A stretch of DNA of 62,204 nt, the filler included, from Choristocarpus tenellus KU-1152 (Eukaryota > Protista > Phaeophyceae): assembly GCA_964200185.2 (NCBI GenBank). It is 11 parts of 11 records of this genome, joined end to end, with 100 filler letters (N's around TTAATTAATTAA, not from the genome) between each part and the next. Parts side by side here need not be neighbours in the genome. Positions count along the whole stretch, not along the records: positions 20,895 to 28,655 come from CAXNAD020005624.1; positions 28,756 to 31,338 come from CAXNAD020026554.1; positions 31,439 to 35,331 come from CAXNAD020017309.1; positions 35,432 to 40,659 come from CAXNAD020011426.1; 7 more parts are not named here. The stretch is one strand, 5' to 3'. A model generated the notes under the pieces. That model was not told where the DNA came from. It made no database searches and worked only from the letters and a program-made list of their open reading frames with translations. Positions 26,550 to 38,121 of this stretch are shown piece by piece; positions within the stretch are counted from its first letter, which is position 1; each line of letters starts with the position of its first letter. The position numbers were made by a program, and so were the translations under genes.

Positions 26550-28256
26550 CTACCTCCGTGTCATAAGTTTGCGCCGCGTTGTCCATAACTTTTGAAGATG
26601 ATGAAATTCATTTCTGAAAGAAGATTTGGAATCTTTGAAAAAATTCTGGTTAGGGTCAGCTCTTTTATTATTATTACTCCCCACCCATCACAATCTCATC
26701 AGCCACAGAAAAAGCCTCCATATCTACCTTCGGCGTGTTATCAACCTCACCAGAAAACTGCCTCTTCCTTACCCCTGTGTGCTCCACACTGAAGTCATTC
26801 CCCCCTTTGTATCTAAATACTTGATTCTACGCCACAAAAAAGGAGCTGCCAAACCCTCTCAAGTGTGGTTTCATCATACTCCTCATACTGTTTCTTAATG
26901 AACTTCACCATCTCCTCAATGGACCCAAACCGCTCCCCCATCATCCAGTATTTTAAAGACCTGATGAAGCATAGGTCCATGATATTAAGGTCAGAGAGTT
27001 AGATGGCCGCGCCACAAGCCTAATCAACCACCCCTCAGTCTTCCCTGCCCCTGACAAGATTTCTGAGTTGCCCTTGCCTGTGTGTGGGGTAGCACTGTTT
27101 TGCTGAACGACAATGTGCTTCCCCTGCAACCAAGGCATCTTGGTCTTGATTGCAGGCAGTAACTCCTTCATGTACCTCTTCCTGTACCACAAATGGTCGA
27201 AAGTACAGTCCTTCTCATACACATCCCCCTTTTTATGGTTGTTGCTTGTCCTGTCTGCCGTTTTTGGCGCACACACACGCCAAACACCAAGCTTTCCATC
27301 AAAGCTGTGAGCCAAATCTGGGCGGGCGTTGGCTACAATGATCGTGATTTTGGGGATATGACTCTTGTGCTGCATAGTTGGGGACCCTGGAAGGTCGCTA
27401 TCATCCTCATGTGGAAATATCCTAACCCTTTACCCATCAGCCATCACTTAAAACCAGGTTTCATCCACATACATGGATCGTGTTCGCCACAGAGGCATAC
27501 ACACTACGTTTGCGGTTCACTTGATTGCAAACAAAGTCCATTCTCTATACCTTTTGCCACGATTTAAGCTTGGGTTTGATCCAGCGGCGATTTGGCATGG
27601 CCCCTATATCATCCAACCACCTGTTTATGGTGCTCATGCTATGATTCAGCCCCTTCCCGACCATCTTCATTGTCACCTGAGGCACTGTGGATGACCAATT
27701 ATCGGAGTTGGTCCTATGTATAGCGACCATCTTGGTCGGTGTGAGCTCTGAAGGCCGCCCACTACGTGCCGCCACCCCTAGGTCAAGAGTGTGGGCGGGC
27801 AGGGGTTGGCTGATCGGCGACATCCTCCCAGAGCCCTCGCATGTGACGCTGGGACACTCCAAACTCTGCTGCGAGGGCTGGCCCAACGTGCCATGGCAGT
27901 TTATGCTCACCAGGGACCGTCACGAGGGCGTGCGACACTGCAAGCACAGCAACCCCCCTGGTATTCAGGGACACTTAGGAACCCTTCTTACGCGAGGGGG
28001 TCGACGGGGGGGTTGCTATGCCGACATTGTGACCCTCAACGTGCCCAGTTCTGTCTTCAAAATCACCCCAGGAGACCCCTACTTTGACGGCTTGAAGCAC
28101 CTCGAGTTTGTACCTCATGATACTCGATCCTCAGCTTTTCTGAGAGCTGAGATTGTCAACCCGATTTCATTCTGAGGGGGTTGTCGTCCGATTCGGCGCC
28201 GTTCTCTCTCGACGAGCCCAGATGTTTCGCGGCACAAACTTATGGCACAGAGGTAG
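26550..28256 (-). mobile_element. Full-length decayed plant-mariner (DD39D)-like DNA transposon
   Basis: 28-bp TIRs CTACCTCCGTGTCATAAGTTTGCGCCGC (26550) and GCGGCACAAACTTATGGCACAGAGGTAG (28229-28256), 3 mismatches, with TA on the left flank. The TIR start resembles Stowaway/Osmar CTCCCTCCGT. Transposase motifs: VDETWF, HIPKITIIVANARP, FDGKLGVW, VVQQNSATPH, ARPSNS(PDLNIMDL). Frameshifted. Confidence 0.9.
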
Positions 28257-28865
28257 TTTATGATTATCGGATCATTATGGTATGAGCTTATGAGCTTCTT
28301 GCGGGCATCTTGACCGGAAAGACCCTGAGCCCCCTTTTGAGAATTGACGTCTTGACGTCTCATATCTTAACCATGCACACCCTCTAAAAAACAAAAATCA
28401 GAGTCAGTAACCCAGATATACTTGACTGTTGGGCATTACGACGTGTCTTCATCCTTAAGCATTGAGACCACTACACCATCCTAACTACCTAGCTAGGTTA
28501 GTTAAGTCGGCAATGAAAAAAATGGATGGGGATAGAGAGTTGGCAGTGGTGGTAGGTGGTGGGTCGTTATGGATAGGTACTATGTAGTATATACTCCTAC
28601 TTTAAATATATGTGTTACAGGCGCCCCTCAATGCTCACCTTTCCAGGATGTACAANNNNNNNNNNNNNNNNNNNNNNNNNNNNNNNNNNNNNNNNNNNNT
28701 TAATTAATTAANNNNNNNNNNNNNNNNNNNNNNNNNNNNNNNNNNNNNNNNNNNNAGTCCGGTGATTGTGATTGCCCCCTTGAGCAAAAAAGAACTTGGC
28801 ACCTTTGACTCTTTCACACAAAAGTGATTTCACCCCTCCATACCATTAATTATCTAGCATAACAT

Positions 28866-29950
28866 TTATTTCCAGAAGACCAGATCCATACGGAAATTCC
28901 AGTCCACTGTGAATGAGCTACCGTCCTCCATAGTCCAGGAGATGCCCATCCCTTTGCAGAGTTGACCTGGACACTTCACCATTGGTGTGTGTTGGCAGAC
29001 CTGTCCTACTGCCATAGGGCAGGTACGAGCATATCTAGTGTCCACGTTTTGCCTTATGCACCCAGCCACTGGCCACCTTTTCGATAGGGCCTCCTCACTC
29101 CCTATGGGAGAGATCTGGCATGCTGGTTCCAGGGGTTGTGTGGAGGCCAATGCATCTTCCCCTTGTCCACACTGGCTCCAGGGGTGGGTCAGGGGCTTGG
29201 GAGGAACTTTTCTTCCCTTGTTCTGCTTTATGAGGTAAGTCGACCAATTGCATCCTGAAAGAGTTGAAGCGGATAATGTTTAGGAGGCAGGTGAAATCAT
29301 GTTGTACCCTCCTTGTGATCCTGTCATCATGGGCTGCTAGAGTGTGGACCTCTGGGGCAGGTGCAGGGGGTGTTCTTCCGCCCCAAGCTACTCAGCCTTG
29401 GCTAATATTTTCCGCCAAGTCTTCTTAGAGACTCCTGTCAAGAGGAGGGTGCGGATAGATGATCCTAGGGTCCTTACTGTGGGGCTCATGCAAGTGACTC
29501 GTGAGAAAGACTCTCCATGAGGCCTTTGTTGCTTTGCTAAAAGGGTGGGGAGGGTATCCTAGAGTGATCCTACGAAGGCTGCATGCTGGCGATGCTTCAT
29601 AGAGGATAGGCCCAACCCCCCAAAGTTGTGGGCATCTGTGCCTGTACTTGTTGGTATGTCTCCAGGCGGAGACACCCATTGTCACACTCCCCTTCAAATA
29701 AGTAGGTGGCTCCCGCTGAGTCTGCTACCTCGATTATCTTCTCCAGCGTCCACAGTGAGGTGTTGTCTGCTTGCTCCATGGTGGAGCATGCCAGGTGGAG
29801 TGACCCTTACAAAATTGCCTAGAAGAGAAGGACCAGGAGCTGAGGAGTCAGGCAATTTGTTTGTCCTCCATCTCACTCTGGTGTATTGCCAGCATTTGTG
29901 ACCCAGAGGTCTCGAATACCTCAGCCACGTGGGCTTGGCTGAAACCATCT
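28866..29950 (-). mobile_element. Decayed non-LTR retrotransposon 3' region (CRE/R2-like, restriction-like endonuclease)
   Basis: QQVQAQMPTTLGG (RT thumb Q-A-x-L-P-x-x-x-GG motif), C..RYARTCP..GQVCQH zinc-knuckle remnant, EDGSSFTVDWNFRMDLV (REL R-x-D motif). Many stops. Confidence 0.55.
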
Positions 29951-30210
29951 GTTCCCACTGTAAGACTTTAAAAGTTACTTTTACAGATGTTCTCATGAAA
30001 ATGAATTGGATTTTCAATGGCTCTTTCCCTGACACATCTGCAAAATGTGAAAGGCATAAAGATGTATAATAGAAATATAGCAAATAATCATTTGGAAACT
30101 TACTTATCTTTCGAATTATATGTTTTGATTTCCTCACGAATTCTGGATAATTATCAATTTTCTTTTGTTCGTATCCCCCCTATTCTACCACCCCATTGTA
30201 ACACCACTTA

Positions 30211-30430
30211 TGACCAGCCAGGGCAGCCCCTCCATCACTGACTTCCAGCTTCCAGCTTATCCCGTGACCAACCAGTGCAAACCCCCTTCGCCACTGATTT
30301 CCACTCACCAACCACATCCAATGACCAACCAGTGCGACCCCTTCGCCACTGATTTCCATACACCAACCACATTCGATGACCAAGCAGCGCGACCTCTTTG
30401 CCACTGATATCCACTCACCACCACTTTCCA
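30211..30430. repeat. Minisatellite, ~55-57-bp unit x4 (TGACCAACCAGTGC...CCTTCGCCACTGATTTCCA...)
   Basis: Direct inspection. Confidence 0.85.
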
Positions 30431-30617
30431 CTCTACCATTCCATTCAACACCACTAAACACCACTCGACAATCTTCCAAGAATACCCCTTCATCATCCAC
30501 TTCAATACCATGCCTTTGAACTAGGACATCTACCCCGCCCAAACTTGACCTCCCCCCCCCTGTTCCCCAGCCTCCCAGTTGGTCTTGAGCAATCAAAAGG
30601 GTGGGGGTGAGTGGGAA

Positions 30618-31090
30618 AGATTGCTCAGAGGTTACCTTGCGCTAGCCCTGCTTGTCCTGTCCCACCAACCTCAAGTTTTTCTTATGTTCTGATCCACCCC
30701 TTCATACCTCATTCCATCTACCACCACCCATTTACTTTAACTTATCTCTTTCCTCTTCTGCCTCCTAGCCACCCAGTACTTAACTCTTCATCCACCCTCT
30801 TATTATTTTATTTTTACCCTAATCAGCACTCTGTTCCCCACACATCATTCCTTCCAGAATTCTCCCACCCACATAACTCAGATTACTTTATAAACTTCCC
30901 CGTTCTTATGGATTGTATTGAAGAGTTAAGTGTTGAGTGGCTAGGAGGCAGAAGAGGTGGGAGAGAAGTTAAAAGAAATGGATGGTAAGTGAAAGCACAA
31001 GGGAGGAATGAATGATTAGAACGTAAGGAAAAGCTGAGGCTGGGCGTAAGGGACAAGCAGGGCTAGAGCAAGACAACCTCTGACCAATCT
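30618..31090. mobile_element. Foldback element/large MITE with ~170-bp imperfect inverted arms
   Basis: Arms 30618-30790 and 30919-31090 (AGATTGCTCAGAGGTT...CTAGCCCTGCTTGTCC...CTCTTCTGCCTCCTAGCCAC...CTTAACTCTTCA). A partial relative at 49634-49860 shares CCAGAATTCT...AACTCAGATTACTT.ATAAACTT. Confidence 0.7.
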
Positions 31091-31300
31091 CTAGCAGGAA
31101 TAGAACAAGTCAACATCCGAGCAATTTTTCTTACAATAAAAAGGGAAAACCTGTTTGAAAAGGCAGGGATGATTGAGAACCAGATAAAAATGGTATGAAG
31201 AATTCCACAAGGTATGGGATGATAAATTTGACGCCAAAAACGTTGTGGAGTGGTGTATGGTGGGAATGGGATATGGGTGGTGAAATGACCAGATTCAGAT

Positions 31301-31338
31301 GAGTGAAAGTATCTTAGAGGGTACGAGTTTTGCCCTGT
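31301..31338. mobile_element. MITE family A end, truncated by contig break
   Basis: GAGTGAAAGTATCTTAGAGGGTACGAGTTTTGCCCTGT. Confidence 0.8.
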
Positions 31339-31599
31339 NNNNNNNNNNNNNNNNNNNNNNNNNNNNNNNNNNNNNNNNNNNNTTAATTAATTAANNNNNN
31401 NNNNNNNNNNNNNNNNNNNNNNNNNNNNNNNNNNNNNNTCCCCTATATGTGCGGAACTCAGACCATTGGTCCCGAGCTGCTTCATAACACTTCTGAGTAG
31501 ATGGCGCAACCGATCCTCTGGCGTACACTGCAGCAAGGCACTCAAACACACCATCTTCCCTTCCTGACCCAGGGGCTGCTCCTGCCAGTCAATGCGTGG

Positions 31600-33520
31600 G
31601 CACATACGTAGGAGGTTAGGTTGAATCTCATCCCTATTTCACCATGAAATACAATGTGCCAAATTGTTCTGCTTCCCGGCTACGTGTTCTGCTGTAAATG
31701 ACCATTCCTCTGCTATTTCCAACTCCCCCATTATTCTCATCAAACCCCTTGCCCTCCTATCCTTTGCCCCCCCACACTCACGGAACCAATGCACTGCCGA
31801 GTGATTGTCTCCTCTCAGCAACACTGGGTCTCCCTTCTTCTCTGCTTTCCCTTTTACCTTCATTACTAGTACCCATGCAATTATTACCATTCCTAATAAC
31901 TCCTAAACATTGATTGAGATACCCCCCCTTTCTTCTCTCATCACGTTACGCTCAATATTCTTCATGTGTTCTGGGAAATCATATCTCCACCACTTACCTG
32001 TCTCTACCTTGTACCCTCCTACTGCTGAAAAATATGCATCTGAATACCATGTCGTATCTGGTGATCTTGATACAAACCTAAAGAACGGGGAGCGCAAGTT
32101 CTCACCCACTTCAGCCAACCCATGTTCTACCACCCACCTCCACCAGTTCAAGTCTACTTTGAATTCCAATCCTATCCTAATTTTCCTATTTGCTTCTCTT
32201 AAGCCTTCCTTCTGTTCAACCTATCCCTCCCCCCTTGCTATCCTACTTACCCTACCCCTTTTCTGTTGCAACCCTGACGGGTGTATCAGCCGCCAAAGAA
32301 AAAAATTCCTGGGCGTATAACATACGACATGTGAAACAGTCGACCCAGCAAAACCCATACCTCCTGCACCCTCGCTTCCACCTTCGATTCTGGCCACTCC
32401 CCTAACAATACCTTGAGTCCCTTCAATTTTCCTTCTGGAAGGGCGATGGTCATCGCCTCTGTATCTATCTTCCATCCTACCACTACCTGTGTGGTATGCC
32501 ATCCTATCAATTTTTTTCCGGACAGAATGGGGGGCTCGTCTACATCTCTCTGGCCTAGCAACCGCATTTGATCAGATACTAGGGAATTTGTTGCTAGCAA
32601 CAGTCTCCACCCATCCTCAAACCATTGGGGCTCTACCAAGATGCTATCATCTACGTACATTCTGGCAAAAAATTGGCCCTCCACCACCCCCCCTGCTATG
32701 TCTTGCACCTTCCATGTCTCATCAATTGTCCTAACTTCCCTCCTGCCCTCCTGCTTCGAGTATGTTACCCCTACCATAATCTTTTCTGCCTCTTCCAGGA
32801 CTACTGTCGACTTAGGATCTGTACGACAATGTGAAAATTAAAGTGCATTTGCTAAAATAAAAGGTCCCACCACCCCGGGCTATTCCTCCACCCAAATTGG
32901 AGTCGAAAATTAATCACTAGGAAATCCCTAACACAGTATCCAAACTTTGCTGCCCCTCGTGGTTCTACTGACACTTGGCAAAAAGCGTCTTTCACATCCA
33001 TCTTACTAATCATAATCCTCCTACCCGGAAACTTCTTCCTCAGGCCCACAATTCTCCTCATCACGTCCTATATCACTGTTCACAATGTACGGGGGGGGCA
33101 TCCTCTAAATCTGTTTGATCATTCACACTCGGACCCCAATCTTCTAGCTGGCAGGACAAATCATGGAATATTCTTACCTTCGTGGGTTCTTGAATTATAC
33201 CCACAGGGGACACCTGCAATTCTGGAACATTTCCCCATATTTTGTTTGGAAACACCAAAGCTCTCTCCATGTTTACATCACTCACTACTTTTGCTAGTAG
33301 GGCCTCCTTCTTACTGCTTGCACTCATGTGGTTTCTGTACTCTAGTCTCTTCTCAACACAGCCTGTACCCCTCACACATACTGGTACTCCCTTATTCACT
33401 ACCTGTTGGAGTTGCTCTATCTGTGGGAACCCGATCTTCTTCCCAAAATGGTCGTCGATCGTCTCCCAATCCAACCGTGTGGGGCTCCATCTTTCTCCTA
33501 ACCTACCTACCTACTAACGT
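31600..33520 (-). pseudogene. Frameshifted RT-RNase H ORF of the DIRS/Ngaro-type element
   Basis: Motifs split over ORFs 33073-33474, 32852-33064, 32286-32777, 31903-32169 and 31639-31890. Confidence 0.85.
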
Positions 33521-34055
33521 TTCCAAATCCCACCAACACTTCCCTATTAGTGCTTTCCCTCTTTTTGCCAACTCCTCCAGTCCCTCCCCTACCATTTATC
33601 TATCCTTTTTTCTTTTCAACTCCTGCCATGTGCTCAACCAAACTTCAAATTCATCTATCATTCCCTTCTCCCCCCCCTTTATACCTGTTAGTGTCCGGCG
33701 TATTGACCCTGGTGTTGGAATCCCCGATGTCCCTTGTCGATGTTGAGGTAGTCTTGACGTCCATTGGTCTCCTCTTGCCAGCCACCCTGGGAAGGGGTGG
33801 TCCCGTGTCCTCATGGATCTTTCTTCTTAGTGTTTGCCTCAGTCTTGGCTTCCTTCTCTTTCTCTTCTCCCCTTTCCTCAAAATGGTCGTATCTGCAATA
33901 CCAATTTTTCTTCAGGAATTCACACTCCTTTTTTGCTTTCCACTCATAGCACGGGTTGTAGGCCCTTACCCCTTCCTTTGATATTCCTGCTCTGGTTCGA
34001 TCTTCCGCCCTGGGACATTTCGAGGCCCTAGTCTCCCCCCATGTCCCCGCCCTCT

Positions 34056-35009
34056 TCATAGATCGCGAGCGGGACTCAGTGTTATATGTAGCATGTTCCG
34101 TGCTTGGGCCAGAGTCTCGACGAGACATGTGAAAATTGAGCTCGGTGGTAGGGGTATCAGCGTGTCAGGGGAGGGTGGTGTGTTAAACTTATTCCCTATA
34201 ATATCCGCCGCTGCCGCCAATCGCTCTTCCCAAAACGTGAGGTCTTCCTCCACTGCTCTGACGAATAAATCCACGATACGTGGACTCTCTAACAGTGTTG
34301 GTTTGTTTGCCCCATGAAACATGCGAACTTTTAATCTAGCCTCTTCCAAATCATCGATTACATGTTCTGTCTTTCTCCGCCCCTTATTCCACTTATCCCC
34401 ATATTTACAAATCCTTACCATGGCAGCCACGAAGCAGTCCAAATTGCCCGGTAGTTCGTAGTCCGCTTTGACCGTCTTCCTCCCTAGCTTTCTTTTTGGG
34501 ATGTATTCTCTTATCGTGAAACTTGTCAAGTGCTCCAGCTGCTCTGCTACCTCATCTGCCGTCTCCGCCACAATCCTCTGCAACTCGCATTTCGTTGTCC
34601 TCACATTCCCCGATTTTAAGAATAGGGGAATTGCCCCAATTAGTACGAAATACTTACTTGCCTCCACTCGGTTCCACGCTTGTATCAGTGACTTTTCTTG
34701 TAACCTTTCGGCCATTGATGTTGATGCTGTCGACCCCTTCTCCCTAATGGCTCCCCCCCCCCTTCTCAACTCTCTTCCCTCTTCCCCCCTCTCTGATGTT
34801 TTGGAACGACATATTTCTTGTAGCACCTCCATCATGCCATCTATCCTTTCGGTCAGCTTGCGGATCTCTTCATTCTGACTTTGTAGTTGGCTGTGATTGC
34901 TCTCTCTCCTCTGCTCCTGATCGTCCCCTTCTTCCACCCCCGTCTGTTCTCTCTCTCCCGTCTCAAAGATTCCCATTTCTCGTTGCGCCATTTCAATAAA
35001 ATCCTGCAC
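34056..35009 (-). CDS. Gag-like ORF1 of the DIRS/Ngaro-type element
   Basis: Uninterrupted 317-aa ORF with an N-terminal coiled coil, upstream of the zinc finger and RT. Confidence 0.6.
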   Translation of the reverse strand: MQDFIEMAQREMGIFETGEREQTGVEEGDDQEQRRESNHSQLQSQNEEIRKLTERIDGMMEVLQEICRSKTSERGEEGRELRRGGGAIREKGSTASTSMAERLQEKSLIQAWNRVEASKYFVLIGAIPLFLKSGNVRTTKCELQRIVAETADEVAEQLEHLTSFTIREYIPKRKLGRKTVKADYELPGNLDCFVAAMVRICKYGDKWNKGRRKTEHVIDDLEEARLKVRMFHGANKPTLLESPRIVDLFVRAVEEDLTFWEERLAAAADIIGNKFNTPPSPDTLIPLPPSSIFTCLVETLAQARNMLHITLSPARDL

Positions 35010-36237
35010 CCTCTGCGCCGCCAGTGTTCATCTCTCTGCTTCTTGTTCCTTGCATCCATTTTCTTCTTCTGCCCAACACCTCATCATTTCTTCTCCTTCC
35101 CTTCTTCCCGTCCCTTCGTTTCTCCTTTCATTTTCCCGCTCTATCTCTGTACACTCAGCGTCGTTGTCTCTCCTGTTTGCCATATTGAGAAGCTTGCTCG
35201 GAGGTTGCCTCCTTGTCTCGTACCCCTGATTTTTTGCTGCAGTGTACGCCAGAGGATCGGTTGCGCCATCTACTCAGAAGTGTTATGAAGCAGCTCGGGA
35301 CCAATGGTCTGAGTTCCGCACATATAGGGGGNNNNNNNNNNNNNNNNNNNNNNNNNNNNNNNNNNNNNNNNNNNNTTAATTAATTAANNNNNNNNNNNNN
35401 NNNNNNNNNNNNNNNNNNNNNNNNNNNNNNNGATAGAGGAATAGCAAATTAGGAATGAGCAAATAATAATAATAATCCAGAATTCGTGAGCAAAACAAAA
35501 CGAATATTTTCCACGAGTTCTGTCCCTGCCTCTCCCTCCACGAAAGCGCCCGGAAAATGTCAACAGACATAATCATATGACTCAGTACCCAGTAGTACTG
35601 TTTTCACTACACTACACACCGATACAAAGATAAGATCTGCTTTAGGAACAACAGTGTTGAAGTTGATCGAAGGTGAAGATGGTAAGTGGCGGAATATCCA
35701 CGTTAGCAACATATTTTTCGCCGAGTATATTCATACGACAGCTCAACATAGATAACTATGGCGTTATGTTGTGGTGTTCAGTTTAGGCTCTTCCAAATCA
35801 TCGAAGGAATATTACTTCGAACAATTTATGGGAGAACAGAAAATGATAATGACCAAGACTTACTCAGCATAGATGCGGACGAGACGTAGGGCGTCTCGTA
35901 CTCTTCACTCGTCTCGACGCAGATCATTTCATTGAACGACTCGCCAGGGAAGATAGGGACAGCACGAAATGATACACCACACATATACTTTTGAATCTCC
36001 TCCATTTCCAGCAGGTCCTATCACAGGTCGAGCCCAACAAAAACGCTTTTGCGGTTAGTTGTCGAAAGTACACTATTAGCAGATAGCTCGCAGGATTAAT
36101 ACAATTTCTCAGGTTGTAGAACAAGGTTGTAAGGCGGATCGTTCGTGGAATATCTGTTGCGCAATCTATCATGGTATAGAGAGGAGGTGTGCGTCGATGA
36201 TGGTGGACACATTCTTTTACAAACTTTTTGAGAATCA

Positions 36238-36689
36238 TCAAGGGCATCTTTGGTTGTACACTGTGTGTGTGAACTCATGCACGCTAGACACACTGAAATA
36301 ACAAAATGCGTCGTCAGGATCCGACCGAGATTCGATAAGGACAGGAAACTGTAATGATAACTCTTGCCGTCTGATTATCGAGCCAAGCAAGTACATGAGG
36401 TTGAATGCAGACCGCGTATCCTTACCAGAAGGGCCACGGGGCGCCACCATCCTCATCTAGGGTCTTCAACTGAGATGAAGCCACACCTCCCTCCTCGAAT
36501 ATACGGATTTCCTATGTGCATGATGAAACGTGAGAAGAGGACGATGAATAGATGCATGTCGTCAATACCCTTTGGACACACAATGGACGGGTCCGAAGTT
36601 GAACAAGAAAGATGACGGCAAGAATTCGATCAGATCAGGCAATCCACTCTCACCTTACTGTGCACAACTACAACCACGTGTGAGAGCGG
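36238..36689 (-). CDS. Last three exons of an unidentified gene
   Basis: Exons 36689-36654, 36511-36426 and 36292-36238, with strong donors (GTGAGA, GTAAGG) and compatible phases: PLSHVVVVVHSKEIRIFEEGGVASSQLKTLDEDGGAPWPFCVSSVHEFTHTVYNQRCP*. Confidence 0.4.
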
Positions 36690-36957
36690 CTGGAGGTGGG
36701 TGAGGTTGATGACTTCGACACCGTACAAAACTTAGTTGCTGTAGGCCAACGACACACAAGCCAAGGCTGTGAGGCCAACGGTGATAGAGAGGCAGCGCAT
36801 GTTGCTTGTGAAAATACTCTGTACCGGGTTTGGCTGGCTTAGTCACGTATAAGTAGAAGTGAGAAGTGAGAAGAGATAAGGTGAACGTTGGTCTTGTACA
36901 ATATGTTGGTTCGGTTTGTTTTTGTCCAAATTCTCCGTTTCTACATGTGTAGAGGAT

Positions 36958-37699
36958 GTGCAATTTACCTTGGGAGGTAACGCTATTTGTCAGCAGTGAA
37001 GACAAGAAGGTGTGAAGTCTCACATGGTTCCCCATTGCTGAACGTGATTACATGGTTGAAATTAGAAGGGTGGCCTTTGTGGGGTGTCTTCTCATTGTAT
37101 ATTATTATTTGTGTTTCGCTACCTATTTCAAAGGTTACGTCAAAGTAGTTGAATGTGGAATAAATACCCATACATAATCCCATACACAATCCGGATGTAC
37201 TATCTCATTAGTTACATCACAAGGACTCAATTCAACACAATAATCTCACTATTGTCCTATTTTGCACACTCCCCCATGAGAGTGCAGGCAATGAAGAGTT
37301 GCTGGAACTCTCAAACCTAAAGCATCTTATTGTGATGGGCCTCAACGACCAGTGGAGACTTCGACACTGTCATTGATCGCCTACGCTGGTGGAAAGGGTT
37401 TGTACGAGATTACGACGAGAGACTACAAGATTCCCAAAGCACCCACCACCATCTCGGGAGAGGCAGTGCTAACAGCACATGCCACACACACGAAGAATTA
37501 GAAAGAGTCAACAAAGGATGCGTGGAGGACTAGATCAAACACCAATAATAACAAACAAATAATGAGAAGACACCCCACTAAGGTCACTCTTCTAATTTCA
37601 ACCATGTAATCACGTTCAGCAATGGGGAACCGTGTGAGGCTTCACACCTTCTTGTCTTCACTACTGACAAATAGCATTACCTCCCAAGGTAAATTGCAC
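36958..37699. mobile_element. Foldback element with 139-bp inverted arms (7 mismatches)
   Basis: Arms 36958-37096 and 37561-37699. Both give the ORF start MGN(H/R)VRLHTFLSSLLTNS on opposite strands. Confidence 0.8.
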
Positions 37700-38121
37700 G
37701 GAGGAAAAACCAATGAAAAACTATTCAACTTGTACACTATCCCAACTTCCCAAATCCACCATTTAATAACCAAAAAAAGGTGTAGTAGTATAATACTACC
37801 ACATACATATTATTATCATGCCCTTTGACATTTTGTAGAAGAATAAACATAGTACCACCTACAAAATCTATTTATATATGAGAGCAATCTTCTCCAACTA
37901 AGTTATACCCTTAAAGTAACCTATCTGAAGAATCTGTTGTTCGTATAATGTAATATGTTTTTGCATGTTGAAGTTAACATGTGGTTGAAGTGAATAGCGG
38001 ATGATTTGAGGGAACTTTGCAAACCCCCCTCTTTCACTTTCCACGGAAATCGGCAGTTTGAGTATCGGTATGAAATGCTATGCATAAAACAGGAACGACT
38101 TAAGGGTTAGGGTTAGGGTTA

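Larger units (their letters stand above)
31440..35330 (-). mobile_element. DIRS/Ngaro-type (tyrosine-recombinase class) retrotransposon: gag, CCCH finger, RT, RNase H; flanked by a 97-bp perfect inverted repeat
   Basis: Gag-like ORF 34056-35009; CYEWKAKKECEFLKKNWYCRYDH finger; RT motifs VSPVGII..KVRIFHDLS, ISKMDVKDAF, LQFGWRNSPG, MYVDDSIL; RNase H motifs WYSDAY, DNHSAVHW, HVAGKQNNLA. No protease or integrase. 31440-31536 is the exact reverse complement of 35234-35330. Confidence 0.88.

Noticed and set aside
30211-30430. Repeat units with variable interiors, superficially CRISPR-like (also 19696-19932)
   Set aside because: Whole units are homologous (degenerate minisatellites); there are no unique spacers or cas genes, and the context is eukaryotic.
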